A stretch of DNA of 64,000 nt, taken from the NCBI GenBank assembly GCA_038236695.1, contig JBBRZM010000006.1, positions 22,167 through 86,166 of the forward strand. Direction: 5' to 3'. How positions within the stretch are numbered: position 1 is the stretch's first letter; every line of letters begins with the position of its first letter. Of this stretch, positions 7,476 to 18,906 are shown piece after piece. The position numbers and the translations under genes are program-made. Below the pieces are notes generated by a model, which saw only the letters and a list, made by a program, of their open reading frames with translations, did not search any database and was not told where the DNA came from. This DNA comes from Acidimicrobiia bacterium. Lineage in GTDB: Bacteria; Actinomycetota; Acidimicrobiia; IMCC26256; JBBRZM01.

Positions 7476-9344
7476 ATGGCCGAGTATCAGTCGCTCTACC
7501 GCAAGCACCGCCCGCAGACGTTCGGCGAGCTCGTCGGCCAGGAGCACGTGACCGCAGCGCTGCGCAACGCAGTGAAGGACGGCCGCGTCGGACACGCGTA
7601 TCTCTTCTCCGGTCCGCGCGGCACCGGCAAGACCACGACCGCGCGCATTCTCGCCAAAGGAATCAACTGTCTCGCGCTCGGTCCCGACGGCGAGCCGTGC
7701 GGCACGTGCGAAAACTGTGTCGGCATCGCCGGTGGGCGCTTCCTCGACCTCTTCGAGCTCGACGCCGCGTCCAACAACTCCGTCGACAACATCCGCGACC
7801 TCACCGACAGTGTGCACTTGGGCGTGGGCCCGACCACCACGAAAAAGGTGTACCTGATCGACGAGGTGCATATGCTGAGCGCGGCGGCGTCGAACGCACT
7901 GCTCAAGACGCTGGAGGAGCCGCCGGGTCACGTGGTGTTCGTGCTCGCGACGACCAACCCGGAGAAGGTGCTGCCGACGATTCGATCGCGCACGCAGCAC
8001 CTCGAGTTCACGCTCCTGACCCCGGAACAGCTGACCGGGCATCTCGCCGATGTGCTGGCGCGAGAGGGCGTCGAAGCGGATCCCGAAGCGCTGCCGGTGA
8101 TCGCTCGCGCCGCGGCCGGCTCGGCTCGCGACGCGCTCTCGCTGCTCGACCAGGTGCTGGCCCACGGGGCGGATCGCATCGACGCCGCGACCGTCGCAGA
8201 GCTGTTTGGCCGTACACCGTTCGGGTTGCGTGGCGCGGTGCTCGAGTCGATCGCCTCGGAGGATCCGGCCGGCACGTTGGCGGGCGTGAACGTGCTCTTC
8301 GATGCCGGCCACGACGCGCGGCGCGTCGCCGAAGATCTCTTGCGCGCGACGCGCGACGCGTTCCTCGTGACGGCGGGCGCGGGACGGGTTCGCATCGATG
8401 CTCCCGACGACGAGCTCACGCGACTCGGCGACCTCGGACGCGCGTTGGGCAACCCGTTACTGGTGCGGGTGATCGAAACGCTCGGGCAAGCCGTCGTCGA
8501 CATGCGCGGCACCGATGCCGCCGACCCGCAACTCGTGCTCGAGGTCGCCCTCGTACGACTCGCGCGTCGCGACGCGGGGCCGCCGCTCCAGGCGTTGGCT
8601 GATCGAGTCGAGCGGCTCGAGCGCGCCGGCGCGGGTCAAGCGCGCACGACACCGGCGGCGCGGCCTGCTCCAGAGCGCGATGACGACCCCGACGCGGCAG
8701 TCGGAGTGCCGCCGACCGGGCCCGCGGCCGCGCTCGGCGCGCTGCGCAAGGCGAAGCCCGCCGGTCGCGCGGAGACGAATGCGCCGCCGCCGGAGCCACA
8801 GCCGCAGCCGCAGCCGCAGCCGCAGCCAAGGCCGCGATCTGCAGGGACGGAAGCGCCCGTGAACGATGCACCGGCGCTCGCGCTCGACGACGTGATCCTC
8901 GCGTGGGCCGCGACACTGCCCGAGCTCCCGGTCGCGACCCGTAGCGCAGTGCAGGAGGCGCAGCCGCTCTCGGTCGAAGGTGACGTGATCGTGTTCGGTA
9001 TTCCCCCGCGACTCGTCGAGGTCGCGAAGCCGCGCTTCAAGCGCAACGCGGAGGCGATCCGAGAGGCATTGTCAGGGCGACTCGGCCGAAGCTTGCGCTT
9101 CACCCTGGTCGCGCACGACTTCGCGGTGCCGACAGAAGCGCCGCGCGACGCAGCGCCGTCGAGCCCGGCAGGAGTTTCGCCGCCTCGGCCGCCTCTGCCG
9201 GCCGCCGACGTCGACTACGACGACGAGCTCGGCGATCCGGCGGATCTGCTCGATCTGTCCGCAGCAGAGCGGGCGGCAGATTCGGTGAGCATGCTCGAAG
9301 ACCAGTTCGGGGCCAGCGTGGTCGAGGAGCGTCCGCGCGACTAG
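7476..9344 (+). CDS. dnaX: DNA polymerase III subunit gamma/tau
   Basis: The conserved N-terminus MAEYQSLYRKHRPQTFGELVGQEHV begins at ATG 7476. It has Walker A GPRGTGKTT, the zinc module CGTCENC, Walker B YLIDEVHML and sensor SRTQ. The track extension back to 7113 overlaps ffs and is rejected. Confidence 0.9.
   Translation: MAEYQSLYRKHRPQTFGELVGQEHVTAALRNAVKDGRVGHAYLFSGPRGTGKTTTARILAKGINCLALGPDGEPCGTCENCVGIAGGRFLDLFELDAASNNSVDNIRDLTDSVHLGVGPTTTKKVYLIDEVHMLSAAASNALLKTLEEPPGHVVFVLATTNPEKVLPTIRSRTQHLEFTLLTPEQLTGHLADVLAREGVEADPEALPVIARAAAGSARDALSLLDQVLAHGADRIDAATVAELFGRTPFGLRGAVLESIASEDPAGTLAGVNVLFDAGHDARRVAEDLLRATRDAFLVTAGAGRVRIDAPDDELTRLGDLGRALGNPLLVRVIETLGQAVVDMRGTDAADPQLVLEVALVRLARRDAGPPLQALADRVERLERAGAGQARTTPAARPAPERDDDPDAAVGVPPTGPAAALGALRKAKPAGRAETNAPPPEPQPQPQPQPQPRPRSAGTEAPVNDAPALALDDVILAWAATLPELPVATRSAVQEAQPLSVEGDVIVFGIPPRLVEVAKPRFKRNAEAIREALSGRLGRSLRFTLVAHDFAVPTEAPRDAAPSSPAGVSPPRPPLPAADVDYDDELGDPADLLDLSAAERAADSVSMLEDQFGASVVEERPRD
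8796..8828 (+). repeat. Hexanucleotide (CCN-CAG)5 repeat encoding PQPQPQPQPQP in the DnaX linker
   Basis: cca cag ccg cag ccg cag ccg cag ccg cag cca read directly. Coding low complexity. Confidence 0.9.
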
Positions 9345-9361
9345 CGCGCGAGGAGTCGATC

Positions 9362-9694
9362 GTGTCCAATCAGAAGCAGCTCAACCAGATGATGCACCAG
9401 ATGCAGAAGATGCAGGCCGACATGGCCGCCGCGCAAGCGGCACTCGCGGCCGAGACCGTCGAAGCCACGTCTGGCGGCGGCGTCGTGACCGCTGTGGTCA
9501 CCGGCACGGGAGAGCTGCAGTCGGTGAAGCTCGCGCCGGAGGTTGTCGACTCTGACGACGTCGAGATGCTCGAAGACCTCGTGGTCGCGGCGGTCACCGA
9601 GGCGATGCGGAGCGCGCAGGCGCTCCAAGCCGAGCGCATGGGCCCGCTGACCGCCGGGCTCGATCTCGGTGGTCTCGGCGGAATGCTCGGCTAG
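9362..9694 (+). CDS. ybaB: Nucleoid-associated protein YbaB/EbfC
   Basis: 110-aa ORF with a GTG start preceded by AGGAG. It reads [63 protein letters not shown] and sits between dnaX and recR. Confidence 0.9.
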   Translation: MSNQKQLNQMMHQMQKMQADMAAAQAALAAETVEATSGGGVVTAVVTGTGELQSVKLAPEVVDSDDVEMLEDLVVAAVTEAMRSAQALQAERMGPLTAGLDLGGLGGMLG

Positions 9695-9705
9695 CGCGTC
9701 GATCC

Positions 9706-10314
9706 GTGGGCGCAAGCTACGAGGGACCGGTCCAAAAGCTGATCGACGAGCTCGGCCGCCTTCCCGGGGTCGGGCCGAAGTCAGCGCAGCGCATCGCGTT
9801 CTACATCTTGAAGTCCGCGTCCGAAGATGCGAACCGACTCGCGCACGCGATTACAGAAGCCAAGGCGCGCATTGCCTGGTGTACCCGGTGCTTCAACATC
9901 TCCGAAGGTGAGCTCTGCACGTACTGTCGCGACGAACGGCGCGACGCGTCGCTGCTCTGTGTCGTCGAAGAACCGCCCGACATCGTCGCGGTGGAGCGCA
10001 CCCAGGAGTTCAAGGGTCGCTACCACGTGTTGCAGGGCGCAATCTCTCCGATCGAAGGCGTTGGGCCGGAACAGCTCCGCATCCGGGAGTTGCTCGCGCG
10101 CATCGCCGACGAAGGTGTCGCCGAAGTGATCCTCGCGACCAACCCCAACATCGAGGGGGAAGCCACCGCGATGTACCTCGCGCGTCTCCTGCAACCGTTG
10201 GACGTAAAAGTGACGCGCATCGCGAGCGGTCTGCCGGTCGGCGGCGACCTCGAGTACGCCGACGAAGTCACGCTCGGCCGTGCTCTCGAAGGCCGCCGAG
10301 AAGTCGGCACCTGA
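9706..10314 (+). CDS. recR: Recombination protein RecR
   Basis: It has the HhH motif [14 protein letters not shown], the zinc finger [16 protein letters not shown], a Toprim segment [12 protein letters not shown] and [12 protein letters not shown]. Confidence 0.92.
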   Translation: MGASYEGPVQKLIDELGRLPGVGPKSAQRIAFYILKSASEDANRLAHAITEAKARIAWCTRCFNISEGELCTYCRDERRDASLLCVVEEPPDIVAVERTQEFKGRYHVLQGAISPIEGVGPEQLRIRELLARIADEGVAEVILATNPNIEGEATAMYLARLLQPLDVKVTRIASGLPVGGDLEYADEVTLGRALEGRREVGT

Positions 10315-10353
10315 GCGGTGCGACGGCGCGACGACGCCTTGCGAGGGTTTTGG

Positions 10354-11492
10354 TCAAGCGAGGGCGCGGGCGATGGCCTTGCCGACGGCTTCGGTCTCGA
10401 TCAGGAAGCCGTCGTGGCCGGCGATCGATTCGATCACGTGCACGTCGCTGGCGCGCGGGATGAGATCGGCAAGCTCGTGCTGCAACCGCAGCGGATAGAG
10501 CCGATCTGACGAGATGCCCGCCAGCGTGACGTCGCACGTGACGCGAGCAAGGGCAGCCTCGATGCCGCCGCGGCCGCGACCGACGTCGTGGTGGTTCATC
10601 GCACGGCTGAGCACGATGTAGCTGTTCGCATCGAAACGGCGGACGAGCTTCTCGCCGTGGTATTCGAGGTACGACTCGATCGCGTACCGGCCGCCTTCGA
10701 GGGGATTCTCATCACCCTGATGGCCGCGGCCGAACCGCTCGTCGAGCTCCAACTCGGAGCGATAGCCCAAATGGCCGATGCCTCGCGCCACCGAGAGTCC
10801 GAGGTGGGGACCGTCGCCCGGCGCGGCGTCGTAATAATCGCCACAACGAAACTTCGGATCGGTCTCGATAGCTCGCACCTGCAACGAGCAGAGCGCGATC
10901 TCTTCGGCGGTCGCGGTCGCACCGACCGCGATGATCGCTGCGCGCGCGACACGTTCCGGAAGGCTGACGGCCCACTCGAGCACACGCATGCCGCCCATCG
11001 ACCCGCCGATCACTGCCGCCCATCGGTGGATGCCCAGCGCGTCGGCGAGCGCGGCCTCGGTCACCACCTGGTCGCGGATGGTGATGGGAGGGAACCGGGA
11101 GCCGTAGGGCTTGCCGTCGGCGGCCAGCGAGGCCGGACCCGTGGTGCCCTGGCAGCCGCCAAGGACGTTGGGACAGACCACGAAGAAGCGCTCGGTGTCG
11201 ACAGCCCGACCGGGACCGATCAGTGCATCCCACCAGCCGCGTTGTGGATGACCGGGACCGGATGGACCAGCGGCATGACTGTCGCCCGAGAGCGCGTGCA
11301 ACACGAGCACCGCGTTGGACGCGCGAGCGTCGAGCTCGCCCCAGGTTTCGTACGCCACTTCGACCGGCGCGAGGCGTCCGCCGGCTTCGAGCACATGCGG
11401 CCGCGCGCCGAACAGCGTGCGGAACTGCCGGCGCCCCGGCTCATCGCCGGGGCGCCAGGCACCACTTGCCGGAACGGGTGAAGACCCGTCGG

Positions 11493-11496
<4 letters not shown>
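10354..11496 (-). CDS. metX: Homoserine O-acetyltransferase
   Basis: 380-aa alpha/beta hydrolase with HALSGDSH, GWWD..IGPG.A.DT..FFVVC.N.LGGC.G.TGP and the nucleophile elbow GGSMGG. Its ATGA overlaps metY. Confidence 0.9.
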
Positions 11497-12797
<1,301 letters not shown>

Positions 12798-12918
12798 GCA
12801 GGCCCTCCTCGGGCGAACGGGATGTGGTCGTCAGCGTGGGCTGACCGTAAGTGCGAGACTCCCGACCGGTCAATAGGGATTTGTCGCCAACAGGGCGGCG
12901 CACACGATTGGAGGCCCG

Positions 12919-13323
12919 ATGGCTACAGCACCGCCACCTGCATCCGCGACGCCCGCGTCCACCGGCGCGCTCGGCACGCTTCGTTCACCGGCGACGGTGA
13001 TCGTGCTGTCGCTCATCACCTGCGGGATCTACTACCTCGTATGGGAGTACAAGACATTCCAAGAGATGAAGGATTACAGCGGCGAGGGCATCGGCGGCAC
13101 AGTCGGGTTGCTGATCGGGATCTTCATCGGGATCGTCAACGCGTTCTTGATTCCGTCCGAACTCGGCAACTTGTATGAGCGCGAGGGTCAGGAGAAGCCG
13201 GTGAGCGGCACGACCGGGTTCTGGGTGTTGCTGCCGTTGATCGGCTTCATCGTCTGGGTCGTCAAGGTGCAGGGCGCCCTCAACGAGTTCTGGGAAGCGC
13301 GGGGCGCGGTCCGACCGGCGTAA
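12919..13323 (+). CDS. DUF4234-type small membrane protein (paralog 1)
   Basis: 134-aa ORF. It reads RSP.TVI.LS.IT.GIY..VW.Y.TFQEMKD.SGEG.GG and has three hydrophobic segments. Confidence 0.6.
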   Translation: MATAPPPASATPASTGALGTLRSPATVIVLSLITCGIYYLVWEYKTFQEMKDYSGEGIGGTVGLLIGIFIGIVNAFLIPSELGNLYEREGQEKPVSGTTGFWVLLPLIGFIVWVVKVQGALNEFWEARGAVRPA

Positions 13324-13495
13324 TCACATCGGACATTTCCCGAGGTACAAGTCGGTCGAAAGCGCACGCCGTGACGGCAGTTGTCGGTCCCGATCGTTGC
13401 GACTGCGCGCGGCGGATCAAGTCGTTCATCGCGCCGCCGATGGAGAGGGGTCACATCAGCGATCTTGAAAGCAGGCAGGACTGGCTACAGCAGGG

Positions 13496-13879
13496 ATGGC
13501 AGCCGCCGCAGTACCCGCAAGCGGGACCGCGACCGGCGCGCTCGGCAAGGTCCGCTCACCGGTCACCGTGATCTTGCTCTCGATCATCACGCTCGGGATC
13601 TACGCGATCGTCTGGCAGTACATGACGTTCCAAGAGATGAAGGACCACAGCGGGGAGGGCGTCGGCGGTACTGTCGGCCTGCTGCTCGCGATCTTCATCG
13701 GGATCGTGAACGTGTTCTTGATGCCGTCGGAAGTCGCCAAGCTGTTCGAGCGGGCGGGTGAGGAGTCGCCGGTCAGTGCAGTCACCGGCTGCTGGATCCT
13801 GCTGCCCCTCATCGGTGGGTTCATCTGGTTGTTCAAGACACAGGGCGCGCTCAACAAGTATTGGGAAGCGCGCGCCTGA
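13496..13879 (+). CDS. DUF4234-type small membrane protein (paralog 2)
   Basis: 127-aa ORF. By hand alignment it matches paralog 1 at about 78 of 114 aligned residues. Confidence 0.6.
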   Translation: MAAAAVPASGTATGALGKVRSPVTVILLSIITLGIYAIVWQYMTFQEMKDHSGEGVGGTVGLLLAIFIGIVNVFLMPSEVAKLFERAGEESPVSAVTGCWILLPLIGGFIWLFKTQGALNKYWEARA

Positions 13880-13918
13880 TCGAATCTCACGTAACGCAAA
13901 GCGTTGTCACACGGTTGC

Positions 13919-14437
13919 TCAACCGGGCCAGTTCGCCACAGGGTATGCGCTCGCCGGCACCACGAACGTGCCCGCGACCTTGTCGTGCCACGTCTGCTTC
14001 TCGGGGTCCCACAACATCCAGAGGTAACCGAGCAAGCACACAAAACCCGAAGCAATCGACACCAGCCAGCGGATGAAGGCCTTGCTGTACTCGATCTGCC
14101 CGCCGGTCTGCGCGTCGATCGCGCGGATGCTCATCGCTTTCATGCCGATCGTCTGACCGCTCGGGCTCCCGATGAAGTACACCTCGTAGGCGACGCGCAC
14201 GACCAGGCCGATCCCGTAGACGCCGACGAGCGACCCGGACGCCGCGCCGATGAGCCATCCCGGGATCGACGTGATGATGCCGTCTATCAACAGACCCACG
14301 AACCGGAGCCAGAAACCGGCCCGCGGACCCGATGGGCCCACGCCCGGAATCGGCTGCCCGGGAGGCATGTATCCGCCGGGCGGTGGCGGCGGCGGCGGTG
14401 GCGGAGGCGGTGGCGGCGGAGGCGGCACTTGTGACAT
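13919..14437 (-). CDS. RDD-family membrane protein with poly-proline N-terminus
   Basis: 172-aa ORF. It begins MSQV-P16-GGYMPPGQP, then RFVGLLIDGIIT..., GQTIGMKAMSIR... and WDPEKQTWHDKVAGTFVV, which is the RDD topology and its C-terminal D-containing motif. Confidence 0.7.
   Translation of the reverse strand: MSQVPPPPPPPPPPPPPPPPGGYMPPGQPIPGVGPSGPRAGFWLRFVGLLIDGIITSIPGWLIGAASGSLVGVYGIGLVVRVAYEVYFIGSPSGQTIGMKAMSIRAIDAQTGGQIEYSKAFIRWLVSIASGFVCLLGYLWMLWDPEKQTWHDKVAGTFVVPASAYPVANWPG
14378..14425 (-). repeat. 16 consecutive proline codons
   Basis: Counted codon by codon on the minus strand (CCG/CCT/CCA/CCC). Confidence 0.95.
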
Positions 14438-14470
14438 CGGGGCGCTCCCTTCCCTGTCAGACGACGCGCG

Positions 14471-14845
14471 TCAGAGCGGTCGTCCGGTTGCGTACTTGTA
14501 GAGCTGGTAGCTCCAGAGCGCTCCAAGTATCGCGGGCAGCAACCACGCGGGGAGGGATATGCGATGCGGTCGCCATCCCGCGAGCCACGTTGCCAGCAGG
14601 CCGAGCGCGAAGAGCACGACGAGCACGCCTCCGGGGCTGAACCGCAACGACGCCGCCAAGTCGAAGTGCACCGCCGAGGTGACGCTGCGGGTCATGCCAC
14701 ACAGCGGGCACGGCACGCCGGTGAGCGTGCGCAGCGGGCAGGGCAGTCCCGGCTGATGCGGAATTATCGGCCGTACGAGCGCCGCCCCGAGCATGAACGC
14801 TGCGACAGCTCGCAGCGGTCGCAACTCGATCGTCGTCGTCGACAT
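14471..14845 (-). CDS. DUF2752-type membrane protein
   Basis: I start at ATG 14845 (MSTTTIELRPL...) rather than 14914, which leaves a 40-nt gap to the upstream gene. It has the signature LPCPLRTLTGVPCPLCGMTRS followed by hydrophobic helices. Confidence 0.6.
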   Translation of the reverse strand: MSTTTIELRPLRAVAAFMLGAALVRPIIPHQPGLPCPLRTLTGVPCPLCGMTRSVTSAVHFDLAASLRFSPGGVLVVLFALGLLATWLAGWRPHRISLPAWLLPAILGALWSYQLYKYATGRPL

Positions 14846-14885
14846 CGCACGAGCGTATCCAGTGCGGACGGGCCGGTTCTCCGCG

Positions 14886-15635
14886 TCAGCGGCGAGCGGC
14901 TTTGGCGGCGACAACGCCTTCGAGGAACGACTCCGGATGCCAGTTGGTGGGGGCGCCCGCGATCTTGGGGTGCAACCGCGCCGCGAGATCGGTTGCGAGG
15001 TGCAGGCGGGCGTTGGGATCGAGCGTCATGCGCCGATCGAGGAACCGGCGGATGACGGCCTCTTCGTCGTTGGTGACCGCACTGACGTCCCACTGCATAT
15101 ATGGAGCATTCGGCGGCGGCATCCACGGCGCAGGCGCCGGCACCGCCACCGCTCGCGCCCGCGGCTCGCGGATGACGACCGTACCGGCAGCGAGATCTCC
15201 GAGGCGCTGGTTCTTGTTTGTGGCGAGAATGCTGACCATGCCCACCGGCGCGATGACGAACGTGATGATGTTGAACCCGTCGGCCAGGCGCACCATGTTG
15301 CGAATCGCGCTCGGCATGAAGCCCACCGGCTGACCGCCCAACCGCACGACCCGCAGCCCGGCGAGCGCCTTGCCCGGCGTGCGCCCGCGGTTGAGCGTCT
15401 CGAAGATGACGTAGTAACCGAAGATCACGACGAACGACAGCAGGTAGAACACCGCCTGACTCAGACCGCTGCCGGCCCCGCCGACGAGGAACGCAAGCGA
15501 GAACAGCAGCAGCACCGCTACCTGGATGAGGGTGTCGAACGCGCCGGCGGCGAAACGGGAACCGAGGCCGGCCAGCAACACTTCGAGGTCGATGCCCTCG
15601 GGAGTGCTGATGGTCATCCGGTCGTCAAAGGTCAT
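14886..15635 (-). CDS. RDD-family membrane protein with ~100-aa soluble C-terminal extension
   Basis: The track ORF extends to 15914. I start at ATG 15635 (MTFDDRMTISTPEGIDLEVLLAGLGSRFAAGAFDTLIQ...). It has the RDD core RGRTPGKALAGLRVV and NQRLGDLAAGTVVI, then a non-membrane tail WDVSAVTNDEEAVIRRFLDRRMTLDPNAR... Confidence 0.7.
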   Translation of the reverse strand: MTFDDRMTISTPEGIDLEVLLAGLGSRFAAGAFDTLIQVAVLLLFSLAFLVGGAGSGLSQAVFYLLSFVVIFGYYVIFETLNRGRTPGKALAGLRVVRLGGQPVGFMPSAIRNMVRLADGFNIITFVIAPVGMVSILATNKNQRLGDLAAGTVVIREPRARAVAVPAPAPWMPPPNAPYMQWDVSAVTNDEEAVIRRFLDRRMTLDPNARLHLATDLAARLHPKIAGAPTNWHPESFLEGVVAAKAARR

Positions 15636-15660
15636 CGCCAAAACGGTAGACAATGGTGAG

Positions 15661-16692
15661 GTGAACCAGGACCGCTTCGTCGCCGAGCGCCAGGAACGAT
15701 GGGCGGAGCTTGGCGTCTTGCTCGACGGGGCCGGTCGCCGCGTGGAACGCCTCGGTCCCGATGGCGTCCGGCGGCTCGGCAGCCTGTATCGCGCCGCGGC
15801 GGCCGATCTCGGCCGTGCCCGACGGGAGTACCCGGGCCATCCGATCGTCGCGCGACTCGAAGGGCTCGTGAGCCGGGCGCGGCCGCTCGTGTACGACAGC
15901 GAGCGTCGCAGCATGTCGTTCGTGCACTTCGCGACGACGGGCTACTGGCGCCGGGTGCGCGAGCGTCCCGCGATGCTGTTGGTATCAGCGCTGTTGCTGT
16001 TCGGGCCGTGGGTGCTCGCTGCGTTCTGGGCGGTGCGCGACCCGGGCGCGGCCAGCGGCGTCGTTCCCTCGCAATACCACTCGGTCACACAGCCCCGGCA
16101 TCGCACCAACCTCGGCCTGACGCCCGACGAGGAGAGCGCGTTCGCGAGTCAGATCTTCACCCACAACATCCAGGTGACGTTCGTGACCTTTGCGGGCGGC
16201 ATCGCCGCCGGACTCGGTGCCGCGCTGATGCTCGTGTACCAGGGAGTGCTGTTCGGCGCGATCACGGGGCTGTCGATCTGGGCCGGGAACGGCAAACCGT
16301 TCTTCGAGCTCACCTTGGCCCACGGCGTGCTCGAATTGTCCTGCATCATCGTCGCGAGCGCGGCGGGCATGCGCATGGGCTGGGCCCTCGTCGCGCCCGG
16401 CCGGCGCCGGCGCGCCGACGCGCTCCTTGCCGAGGCGCGCCCGGCGGCCGAGGTCGTCATCGGCACGATGCCATGGCTCGTCGTCGCCGGCCTCGTGGAG
16501 GGGTTCGTGACGCCCTCCGGTCTCGGCTTGGGTGTGGTGCTGACCGTCGGGTTGTCGCTCGGGGCCCTCTACTGGGCCTTGGTGCTGTGGCGCGGCCGTG
16601 CCGAGCGGTCTGAGCCCTCGCCAACGAGCGACCTCGTCACGGAGTGGGAGCCGGTGCGCCCGATCACAGTCGCGCCCGCGCCTTCGCCCTGA
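15661..16692 (+). CDS. SpoIIM-like (DUF95) polytopic membrane protein
   Basis: An in-frame GTG at 15661 (VNQDRFVAERQERWAELGVLLD) is preferred, and ATG 15610 is the alternative. Motifs: THNIQVTF.TFAGG...G, YQGVLFG and LAHGVLELSCIIVASAAGMRMG. The 3' end overlaps the convergent DUF58 gene by 29 nt. Confidence 0.6.
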   Translation: MNQDRFVAERQERWAELGVLLDGAGRRVERLGPDGVRRLGSLYRAAAADLGRARREYPGHPIVARLEGLVSRARPLVYDSERRSMSFVHFATTGYWRRVRERPAMLLVSALLLFGPWVLAAFWAVRDPGAASGVVPSQYHSVTQPRHRTNLGLTPDEESAFASQIFTHNIQVTFVTFAGGIAAGLGAALMLVYQGVLFGAITGLSIWAGNGKPFFELTLAHGVLELSCIIVASAAGMRMGWALVAPGRRRRADALLAEARPAAEVVIGTMPWLVVAGLVEGFVTPSGLGLGVVLTVGLSLGALYWALVLWRGRAERSEPSPTSDLVTEWEPVRPITVAPAPSP

Positions 16693-17976
16693 GGTACGCG
16701 CCCACGCACGCGGTCGCGAGACGTTCCGGAGACGCCTCGAGCACTTGTGCACCCGCGTGGCGCAGCTGTGCGGCAACTCGGGCGCGAGCGTTCAACACCT
16801 CGAGCGCCGCGGACGCGGCGTAGACATCGGCCGTTGAGGCCGGCGGGTTCGCGACCAGTTGCGCCAAGTCCGGGTCGGTTGCGCTCGCGACGACGACCAT
16901 GTGCCGGCGTGCGAGTACCGGGACAGCGTCGACGAGTGCGTCCGCGGCAGCTTCGTCGAGGAGGTCGGTGAGCACGAGCACGAACGCGCGCTTCCCACCT
17001 CCGACGGTTCGGAACGCGAGCTCGTAGTCAGCATCGAGCTTGGTGGGCTCGAGGTCGAACGTGCCGCGGATCACGGCGTCACCGCCGCGGTGGCGTGGTG
17101 CAAGCCGGCGGCGCACTTCACTATCGAACGCGACGGCGCCACAGCGGTCGCCGACCTCGTCAGCCACCAGCGCGACCGCGGCGACCGCGTCGAGCGCCGC
17201 GTCGAGACGAGTGAGCGTGCCGATCGGCGCGGCCATCAGGCGTCCGGCGTCGATGACGCACACGACGTCGCGGTCCTGCTCGACGCGGTACTGGTTGGTC
17301 ATCGGCCGGCCCATACGCTGCGTCGCCCGCCAGTTGATCTGGCGCGCGTCGTCGTCGGGCGAGTAGTCGCGGATCGACTCGAAGTCGGTGCCGAGCCCGA
17401 GCGGCCCGCGGGTGAGCCGCCCGGGGTCACGAAAGCGGCCCTGCCGAACCGCGAGTGCGAGCCGGCGGGCCGCAGGAAGGTCGGGGTATACGAGCAGCTC
17501 GGTCGCGTCGGTCGGACCCCGGTACCACGAGGCGAGGCGAAGTGGTCCGTCGGTGCGGGTCGCGACCGGCGGAAGTTGGTGACGCCCGCGCCGGCGGGCG
17601 ACGACCGAGGCGTCGAGCACGTAGGTGCCCTCGGTCGGCTCGATCGCGATATCGGGGACCTGGGGTTGTCGCAGCCGCACGCGCACGCCCGGCGACCGGA
17701 GGGATGCCAAATGCAGCCGCGACGCGACCCCACGCGAGAGGACGGTCGACATGTCGCGGCGTACGGACGGAGCGCGCCGGATCATGAACGCATCCACGAC
17801 GAACGCGGCGCCGACCGCAAGGGCCGACAACAGCCCGATCTCGGGCGCGAACACCAGCGCGAGCAGTGACGCCGCCAGCAGCAGCACCCCGGCGCGCCGC
17901 GTCGCGCTGATCGGCGCGCTCGCAAGCCCGATGACGATGCCCGCGCCGATGACGAGTGCGAGCAGGACGGTCGTAC

Positions 17977-17980
<4 letters not shown>
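16664..17980 (-). CDS. DUF58 (vWA-like) protein with N-terminal membrane anchor
   Basis: I start at ATG 17980, overlapping the MoxR stop (ATGA). It has two N-terminal TM helices and the DUF58 signature FESIRDYSPDDDARQINWRATQRMGRPMTNQYRVEQDRDVVCVIDAGRLM. Confidence 0.75.

Positions 17981-18902
<922 letters not shown>

Positions 18903-18906
<4 letters not shown>

Noticed and set aside
7476-9344. Programmed -1 frameshift site in dnaX (E. coli-type A AAA AAG) producing gamma.
   Set aside because: The only A-rich heptamer (cgaaaaagg, ~7841) is in the Walker B region far upstream of the tau linker and is not a slippery X XXY YYZ site. No downstream stem-loop is evident.
12798-12918. Possible SAM riboswitch (SAM-I/SAM-IV) in the 121-nt leader of the metY-metX operon.
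   Set aside because: I wrote out the minus-strand leader and could not find the conserved SAM-I or SAM-IV cores as I remember them, or a convincing multi-stem junction. An Rfam scan would be decisive. I am not calling it.
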